From contig CAVXWZ010000005.1 in NCBI GenBank assembly GCA_963765575.1, positions 109,629 through 173,628 on the forward strand: a DNA stretch of 64,000 nucleotides, written 5' to 3'. Shown here one piece after another: positions 57,533 to 64,000 of this stretch. Under the pieces are notes generated by a model. The model ran no database searches. It was not told the origin of the DNA and saw only the letters and a program-made list of their open reading frames with translations. The stretch comes from an uncultured cyanobacterium (GTDB lineage: Bacteria; Cyanobacteriota; Cyanobacteriia; PCC-6307; Cyanobiaceae). A program made the position numbers and the translations under genes. How positions within the stretch are numbered: the first letter of the stretch is position 1; each line of letters opens with the position of its first letter.

Positions 57533-57787
57533 TCACTCCTCGGGGTAGAGCAACCCCGCCAGCTCGTCGGGATCCACGTCGTAGACACGGGCCAGGGTGG
57601 TTTCCACGGCGCTGGTCACCACATCGGGCAGAAAGCGCATGGCGTTGAGGGCGTCATCGACGATCTCGTCGGTGAGCAGCGGTTCGCCACCCAGCTTCTC
57701 GTCGTTGATCACCGCCATCACCCAGCTCTGGTAGGCGGAGACGAGATCGGTGAACTCGAGCTCCGGGTCGTTCAGATCCAGGGCCAT
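57533..57787 (-). CDS. Acidic conserved hypothetical protein
   Basis: MALDLNDPELEF..YQSWVMAVINDEKL; strong coding bias. Confidence 0.8.
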   Translation of the reverse strand: MALDLNDPELEFTDLVSAYQSWVMAVINDEKLGGEPLLTDEIVDDALNAMRFLPDVVTSAVETTLARVYDVDPDELAGLLYPEE

Positions 57788-57903
57788 GGGCCTCTCCGCG
57801 AGATGTTGCCCCTGCAGTTTGCCCGCTCACCGGCGTTTGCCCCCCTCAGGAGAGCGTCTGCTCACTGGTGAGGATGGGGCGGCATCCGCCCACCAGCCAC
57901 CCC

Positions 57904-58377
57904 GTGAGCGATCCCGCCGACCTTCAGGCCACCCTGGTGGATTTCGCCCTGGCCGAGCTGGTGCGCCAGCAGCGGGCGAGCTTCCAGCCGCTGTGGACAA
58001 CCGAGAGCTGGGCCAAGCTGCTGATCTGGCTGGCGCTGAACTGCGGCTGCAGCGGCGATCAGGCCGGCCTGCAGGTCTTTGCCAGCGCCCTGGGGCCTGC
58101 CCTCGGCGGCCGGCTGCGGCGGCTGTTCTTCGGGCGTGAACTGGTGGATCTCGACCTGCAGGTGATGGCCGATCCGGCTGAGCCCCAGGTGCTGGTGCTG
58201 CCCCTCGCGCCTGCCGGTGAACCCCTCACCCTCGAGCGTGCCGCCACCGCCCTGGCCCGGCTGGGCCTGCTGGAGCGGGTGGCGGTGGAGCGTGGGCACT
58301 GGCGCCGCCTGGAGCAGGCCGTGGCGATTCCCTGGCGCTCCGCCCCTGCAGATCCTGCCCCCGATGACCGCCCATGA
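57904..58377 (+). CDS. Conserved hypothetical protein
   Basis: LQATLVDFALAELVRQ..SFQPLWT.ESWAKLLIWLALNCG; ATGA overlap with the next gene. Confidence 0.75.
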   Translation: MSDPADLQATLVDFALAELVRQQRASFQPLWTTESWAKLLIWLALNCGCSGDQAGLQVFASALGPALGGRLRRLFFGRELVDLDLQVMADPAEPQVLVLPLAPAGEPLTLERAATALARLGLLERVAVERGHWRRLEQAVAIPWRSAPADPAPDDRP

Positions 58378-58998
58378 ACCTGATCGCCACCTACAGCAAC
58401 AGCGGTTTCACCGCCCTGGCCGATGGGGTGATGGCCTTCTTCGATCGCCGCAGCGATCTGCAGCGCCCGGGAGTGGCCTTCGGGCCTGAATCCGCAAGCC
58501 TGCCTGCCAAGGTCTCCACCGACATCAGCCTGGTGGCGATCGACCGCAGCGATCCGGAGGCCTTCGCCCTGGCCGAGGTGATCGTGCGGGGGGTGAACGC
58601 CGGCCTCAGCCAGTACCTCAAGGAACGGCCGTTGCTGCGCCAGTGCTGCCCGCGAGCAGAGCCTGTTCGTGAATCCGATCTTCAACCTGCAGCGCTACGC
58701 GCCGGGGGAGGGGTTTCGCCAGTGGCACTGCGACTGGACCCTCAGCGATGAGGCCACCGAACCCCACGCCCGTGTGCTGGCCTGGATCCTCTACTGCAAC
58801 TCCCTCCCGGAGGGGGGCACCGAGTTCCATTGGCAGGGACACCACGAGGAAGCGGAGCGGGGCAAGCTGGCGATTTTCCCCGCCGGGGTGTCGCACATCC
58901 ACCGGGGTCGGGTGAGCCAGGAGCACAGCAAAACCATCGCCACCGGCTGGATCAATGCCGGCCGGCTCGACGACTACGTCAAGCGGCTGGCGGCCTGA
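58374..58998 (+). CDS. 2OG-Fe(II) oxygenase, frameshifted near 58653
   Basis: WHCD (HxD), GGTEF, HIHRG, KTIATGW; removing one C joins the two ORFs. Confidence 0.85.
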
Positions 58999-59810
58999 GG
59001 CATGGCGTTGCCCAGCACAAACGAGCGCACCCAGCCGCGTTGCACAAAGACCGGCAGCAACACGGCGGGATCCACAGGGACCGCCCCCTGATCCAGCTCG
59101 CTGCAGAGCTGGCCAAATTCTGTCCGGGCGGCAAAGCCTTCCAGCAGCCGCCATTCGTCAGGGTCTGGCCTGTCAATCAAGGTTTCAACCCCATCTCTCC
59201 AGATGAAGAGATTCACACCCCCCTCATCGAGGTCAATGGTCTCTGAATCGCTGGCGTCGGCTTGATTGGCTTGCCAGATCCGATGCACGGGATACTCGGA
59301 ATGCATGAGCGCACTCGCTTGGGGCAGCTGGAACACCAACTGCTCCCACTGCCCAGGTGCCACCTGGGCCAGGGCCGTCAGGTCGATGCCGTGCTCATCG
59401 TGAGCATTGAACACCCGGTGCCAGTGCCACTCCAGTTGGGCCACATCGGCGAGATAGGGCAATGCGTTGGCAGGCGGGAAGGTCTGAAGGAAGACCGGCA
59501 GATCACCGCCGTAATCGCCCAGATCGGGCGAGGTTGAAGCATTCCGGATCACATACGTCTCGGCCAGGCCGCCGAAGAAGGCGTCGCCCACCAGCCGCCG
59601 GCAGACGGGATAAATCTCCTGCAGGCAACGGATGAACTTGCCGTTCACACTGTCCTGGTAGGCCGCAATCCCCTGCCGCACGCTGAGGCTGCCGGAGCAA
59701 TGCAGCTGCGGTTCCAGCGCTTCCAGGCAGGCCGGATCAGCGCCAGGGCTGATCGCCCCATGGAACAGCCGTTGCAGGCGGATCAGGTCGTTGGGAGCTG
59801 GCGTTGGCAT
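58974..59810 (-). CDS. DUF2063 (BufC/HvfC-like) MNIO partner protein
   Basis: AYQDSV...LQEIYPVCRRLVGDAFF...SPDLGDYGGDLP.FL...YLADVAQLEW. Confidence 0.88.
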   Translation of the reverse strand: MPTPAPNDLIRLQRLFHGAISPGADPACLEALEPQLHCSGSLSVRQGIAAYQDSVNGKFIRCLQEIYPVCRRLVGDAFFGGLAETYVIRNASTSPDLGDYGGDLPVFLQTFPPANALPYLADVAQLEWHWHRVFNAHDEHGIDLTALAQVAPGQWEQLVFQLPQASALMHSEYPVHRIWQANQADASDSETIDLDEGGVNLFIWRDGVETLIDRPDPDEWRLLEGFAARTEFGQLCSELDQGAVPVDPAVLLPVFVQRGWVRSFVLGNAMPQAASRLT

Positions 59811-60604
59811 CGGCACTGCTCGGCTTTGTGGGCTTCGGCCTGGAGCACGTCAAAGCTGGGGATGTCGGTGTCCCATTCGATCAGGGTAGGCAGCGGGCCA
59901 AAGCGTTCCAGGGCCTGCTCGTACAGCGCCCACACACCGGGCTGCACCGGCTTTCCATGGGTATCGAAGAGAAAGGATCCCTGCTGCTCATAGCCGGCCA
60001 GGTGCATCTCTTTGACGCGATCAATTGGGATTGCGGCCAGATAGTCCATGGGATCAAAGCCGTGATTCATGGCATTGACATAGACATTGTTGACATCCAG
60101 CAGCAGGTCACAGTCAGCTTTTTTGGCCAATGCTGCGAGAAACTGCCATTCGCTGAGGTCGTTGCCGGCAAACTGCAGATAGGGCGACAGGTTTTCGATC
60201 AGGATCCGCCGTCCCAGGAACTCCTGCACCTGTTGAATGCGATCGGCAACATAAAGGAGAACGGAATCCGTGTAGGGCAGCGGGGCCAGATCGTTGAAGT
60301 AGTGGCCGCCGCTCGACACCCAGGCCAGGTGGTCAGACACATACACCGGCTCGATCCGATCGGCCAGGGCTTTCAATCGCTGCAGATAGGTCCAGTTGAG
60401 CGCATCGGCGGAGCCAATCGACAGGCCCACCCCATGCAGAGTGACTGGATAGCGCTCCCGGATCGCGGTGAGATGGCGCAGCGGCAGGCCGCCGCCGAGA
60501 TAGTTGTCTGTGAGCGCCTCAAACCAGGGGATGGCCGGGGTTGTGCTGAGGATGGGGGCGTAATGCTGGGAACGCAGGCCCAGGCCCACGCCGTGGAGAG
60601 TCAT
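59783..60604 (-). CDS. DUF692 multinuclear non-heme iron oxidative enzyme (BufB-like)
   Basis: GVGLGLRSQH, LHGVGLSIG, VSDHL, IENLS, LLLDVNNVYVN, EMHLAG, DTHG, TLIEWD. Confidence 0.95.
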   Translation of the reverse strand: MTLHGVGLGLRSQHYAPILSTTPAIPWFEALTDNYLGGGLPLRHLTAIRERYPVTLHGVGLSIGSADALNWTYLQRLKALADRIEPVYVSDHLAWVSSGGHYFNDLAPLPYTDSVLLYVADRIQQVQEFLGRRILIENLSPYLQFAGNDLSEWQFLAALAKKADCDLLLDVNNVYVNAMNHGFDPMDYLAAIPIDRVKEMHLAGYEQQGSFLFDTHGKPVQPGVWALYEQALERFGPLPTLIEWDTDIPSFDVLQAEAHKAEQCRCQRQLPTT

Positions 60605-60711
60605 GGCAGCTGGATGGGTCCTTCTCGATGTCCGCGGACTGGTTGCTGATCGCGATTGATGGGCCTATCGGGCTGGATGGCCTCAACCCGATAGGCACTG
60701 GTGCCAGAGGA

Positions 60712-60987
60712 TCAGCTGGCTTTCTTGATTGTTCCGCCAACAATCTTGTTGCAGGTACCTTTGGGCACGTACACCCACTCTTCGGGATCACCGGAGACCT
60801 TCGCTTCTCCTGCGCAGCTGTGCTTGCTGGTGCCGCAGTCATTCATGCCCGCCTTGGCGATGCCGGCGCATTTCTCCATGCCGGCTTTGCCCGCGAGGGC
60901 TTCACCGGCGGTGGCGCCCACCAGGCCGAGGGCCAGGACGCCTGAGAGGGCGGCGTTCATGGCTGTTTTGGCTGTTGCAGATGTCAT
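60712..60987 (-). CDS. DUF2282 (BufA1-type) secreted four-Cys precursor peptide
   Basis: Signal peptide ending ALA, then [34 protein letters not shown]. Confidence 0.92.
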   Translation of the reverse strand: MTSATAKTAMNAALSGVLALGLVGATAGEALAGKAGMEKCAGIAKAGMNDCGTSKHSCAGEAKVSGDPEEWVYVPKGTCNKIVGGTIKKAS

Positions 60988-61152
60988 GTGTGAAGACCTC
61001 CAGCGGGAGGTGGCGAAGTGGCAGTTGTGGGCAGCGCAAGCATCGGGATGATGGCCGACCGTTGGACATACCGACGACGGCGGCGAACGGATTGGCGCCG
61101 GCGCACTATTGTGTGGAAGTCCTGACGACGTTTTTGCTCTGAGATTTTGGCT

Positions 61153-61803
61153 TCAGCCGGGCCAAAGAAACGTGTTGAAGCGTCGCGTCCCCAGGGTGTT
61201 TTGATATCCGAGGGTGTTTTTGCTCGACAGGCTCACCACAGCCCCGAGCCGATCAGCCGTTTTGACGCATTGCTGGAATGTCTGGGCTGTGTAGCACTGC
61301 ACGTCAAGCTGATTGCATCCGCCGGGAGGCACGAGCCCAACCTGAAAAGGCTGGATACTGCAGAAAATCGGCTTGGTGTAGAGCTGGCGAAGGCGATAGA
61401 AATCGGCCCGGGTGTAATTGGCAAAAAAGTGATCATCCACCTGGATGCCGTCGCCATGGCGGGCCTCATGCACCAGGTCTGGGATGCTCATCGAGCGGTA
61501 CTGCGGTGATTGCACCCACACCACAGGCATCAGCCCCTGCTCACGGGCCTCTTGGGCAACGTGCTGTTGAACGGGATCAGCAACGTTCCGGTAATCCAGA
61601 AACACCACGCGATAGCGAACCGCGCGCATCTGGGCCAGGGTCTGGGTGATGGTATTGGTTGAGGTGTAAAACCAGATCTGTGGCTTTGACAGCCATGTTC
61701 CGTTTGGTGCTGCATCTGCAACCAGGGGCACGAAGGCAAGCCCTGCTGCTGTGAGCTGGCTGGCGATCGCGATCAGCTGTTTAGCGATTCTGCGTACCGA
61801 CAA
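61153..61803 (-). CDS. Exported hypothetical protein, possibly glycoside-hydrolase-like
   Basis: Signal-peptide-like N-terminus (..VADA/APNG); DGIQVDDHFF motif; AT-richer codon usage. Confidence 0.65.
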   Translation of the reverse strand: MSVRRIAKQLIAIASQLTAAGLAFVPLVADAAPNGTWLSKPQIWFYTSTNTITQTLAQMRAVRYRVVFLDYRNVADPVQQHVAQEAREQGLMPVVWVQSPQYRSMSIPDLVHEARHGDGIQVDDHFFANYTRADFYRLRQLYTKPIFCSIQPFQVGLVPPGGCNQLDVQCYTAQTFQQCVKTADRLGAVVSLSSKNTLGYQNTLGTRRFNTFLWPG

Positions 61804-61923
61804 GAACCAACTCCCGGCTTGTGTGTTCAGCAGCTCATCCAGTGCTGGGGCTTGAGGCAGGTTGCTGCTTCAACGCTACTGAGCCCCCTTTGAGAGCATG
61901 GGCTGATCTTCCCAAAGCCAGCC

Positions 61924-64000
61924 GTGACCGAGGCCCTGCCCAAGACCTACGACCCGGCCGGCACCGAAGCCCGCTGGCAGGCGGCCTGGGAAGCGGCGGG
62001 CGCCTTCCACCCCGATCCCAACGCTCCGGGCGAGCCGTTTCAGCGTGGTGATCCCGCCGCCGAACGTGACAGGCAGCCTGCACATGGGCCACGGCTTCGA
62101 GACGGCCCTGATCGACACGATCGTGCGCTTCCAGCGTCTGCAGGGCAGAAACGTGCTGTGCCTGCCCGGCACCGACCACGCCTCGATCGCGGTGCAGTCG
62201 ATCCTGGAGAAGCAGATCAAGGCGGAAGGCGGCAGCAAGGACGACCTCGGCCGCGACGCCTTCCTGGAGCGGGCCTGGAGCTGGAAGGCCGAGAGCGGCG
62301 GCACGATCGTGGGCCAGCTGCGGCGGCTGGGCTATTCGGTGGACTGGCAGCGCGAGCGCTTCACCCTCGACCCGGGCCTGAACAAAGCGGTGGTGGAGGC
62401 CTTCGTGCGCCTGCACGAGCAGGGCCTGATCTACCGGGGCGAATACCTGGTGAACTGGTGCCCGGCCTCGGGATCGGCGGTGAGCGATCTGGAGGTGGAG
62501 ATGAAGGAGCTCGACGGCCACCTCTGGCACTTCCGCTACCCCCTCAGTGGCGGCAGCCCGACCATCTGGTGGTGGCCACCACCCGCCCCGAAACCCTGCT
62601 GGGCGACACCGGCGTGGCCGTGCACCCCGACGACCCGCGCTACGCCGCCCTGGTGGGCAGCACGCTCACCCTGCCGCTGGTGGGGCGCGAGATCCCGATC
62701 GTGGCCGATGCGCACGTCGATCCGGCCTTCGGCACCGGCTGCGTCAAGGTGACCCCCGCCCACGACCCCAACGACTTCGCCATCGGCGCCCGCCACGGCC
62801 TGCCGCTCATCACGGTGATGGCCAAGGACGGCAGCATGAACGCCGCCGCCGGCCGCTTCGCCGGGCTGGATCGCTTCGAGGCGCGCCAGGCGGTGGTGGC
62901 GGCGATGGAGGCCGAGGGCTTCCTGGTGAAGGTGGAGCCCCACCGCCACAGCGTGCCCTTTTCGGATCGCGGCAAGGTGCCGGTGGAGCCGCTGCTCTCC
63001 ACCCAGTGGTTCGCCCGGGCCGAGCCGCTGGCGGCCCGCTGCCGCGAGGCCCTCGATGGCGGCGAACCGCGCTTTGTGCCGCAGCGCTGGGAGAAGGTGT
63101 ACCGCGACTGGCTCACCGACATCCGCGACTGGTGCATCAGCCGCCAGCTCTGGTGGGGCCACCGCATCCCCGCCTGGTTCGTGGTGAGTGAAACCGGCGG
63201 CGTGATCACCGAGGCCACGCCCTATGTGGTGGCCCGCGATGACGCCGAGGCGCGCCGCCAAGCCGAGGACCAGTTCGGTGCGGCGTCCCGCGCCGCCGGG
63301 CGGCCGTTGCAGCTGGAGCAGGACCCCGACGTGCTCGACACCTGGTTTTCCAGCGGCCTCTGGCCCTTCTCCACCCTGGGCTGGCCCGATGAGAGCGCCG
63401 CCGATCTGGCCACCTGGTATCCCACCAGCGTGCTGGTGACCGGCTTCGACATCATCTTCTTCTGGGTGGCGCGGATGACGATGCTGGCCGGCGCCTTCAC
63501 CGGCCGCATGCCCTTCGCCGACGTGATGATCCACGGCCTGGTGCGGGATGAGAACAACCGCAAGATGAGCAAATCAGCGGGCAACGGCATCGACCCGCTG
63601 CCGCTGATCGAGCGCTACGGCGCCGATGCCCTGCGCTTCGCCCTGGTGCGCGAGGTGGCCGGCGCCGGCCAGGACATCCGCCTCGACTACGACCGCGCCA
63701 CGGGAAGCTCGGCCACGGTGGAGGGCGCGCGCAACTTTGCCAACAAGCTCTGGAATGCCACCCGCTTCGCGCTGATGAACCTGGGCGGTGAAACCCCTGC
63801 TTCCTTGGGTGACCCCGATCCGGTCGCGCTCAGCCTCGCCGACCGCTGGATCCTCTCCCGCCTTGCCCGCGTGAACCAGGACACCGCCGAGCGCTACGCC
63901 AGCTATGGCCTGGGCGAAGCGGCCAAGGGGCTCTACGAGTTCGCCTGGAACGAGGTGTGCGACTGGACGATTGAGCTGCTCAAGCGGCGCCTCTATCCCC
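61924..64000 (+). CDS. valS: Valine-tRNA ligase (runs off the window end; frameshifts near 62040 and 62560)
   Basis: [20 protein letters not shown] (HIGH), [32 protein letters not shown]. Confidence 0.97.
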   Translation, partial: MTEALPKTYDPAGTEARWQAAWEAAGAFHPDPNAPGEPFQRGDPAAERDRQPAHGPRLRDGPDRHDRALPASAGQKRAVPARHRPRLDRGAVDPGEADQGGRRQQGRPRPRRLPGAGLELEGRERRHDRGPAAAAGLFGGLAARALHPRPGPEQSGGGGLRAPARAGPDLPGRIPGELVPGLGIGGERSGGGDEGARRPPLALPLPPQWRQPDHLVVATTRPETLLGDTGVAVHPDDPRYAALVGSTLTLPLVGREIPIVADAHVDPAFGTGCVKVTPAHDPNDFAIGARHGLPLITVMAKDGSMNAAAGRFAGLDRFEARQAVVAAMEAEGFLVKVEPHRHSVPFSDRGKVPVEPLLSTQWFARAEPLAARCREALDGGEPRFVPQRWEKVYRDWLTDIRDWCISRQLWWGHRIPAWFVVSETGGVITEATPYVVARDDAEARRQAEDQFGAASRAAGRPLQLEQDPDVLDTWFSSGLWPFSTLGWPDESAADLATWYPTSVLVTGFDIIFFWVARMTMLAGAFTGRMPFADVMIHGLVRDENNRKMSKSAGNGIDPLPLIERYGADALRFALVREVAGAGQDIRLDYDRATGSSATVEGARNFANKLWNATRFALMNLGGETPASLGDPDPVALSLADRWILSRLARVNQDTAERYASYGLGEAAKGLYEFAWNEVCDWTIELLKRRLYP

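Overview
GC-rich picocyanobacterial DNA (Cyanobium/Synechococcus type, inferred from gene content and order). Bases ~5.5-28.3 kb form a nitrogen-assimilation island: ybiB/trpD-like gene, cynS, focA/nitM, nirA, siroheme genes, a cupin, an ATP-grasp/alpha-E/transglutaminase operon, ureDABC-EFG and urtABCDE. It carries six NtcA-like boxes, each followed by a gene or operon. No narB or nitrate transporter is present in this window. At the island's left edge are deletion-riddled remnants of moaE/moaD/moaB and of dmeF around an intact thioredoxin-CcdA-like gene, which suggests loss of nitrate use. The rest is mostly core genes (ppk1, pabBC, queCE, pyrG, dps, aspS, gcvT, speBE, arfB, mazG, tRNA-Val, valS). 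Accessory modules are a PpiC-HlyB-HlyD type I secretion cassette with no adjacent cargo, a solute-binding lipoprotein-MscS-P-type ATPase operon, and a DUF2282-DUF692-DUF2063 (bufferin-type MNIO RiPP) cluster. Seven single-base frameshifts, including in aspS and valS, point to indel errors in the assembly. All family assignments come from motif recognition by eye; no searches were run.
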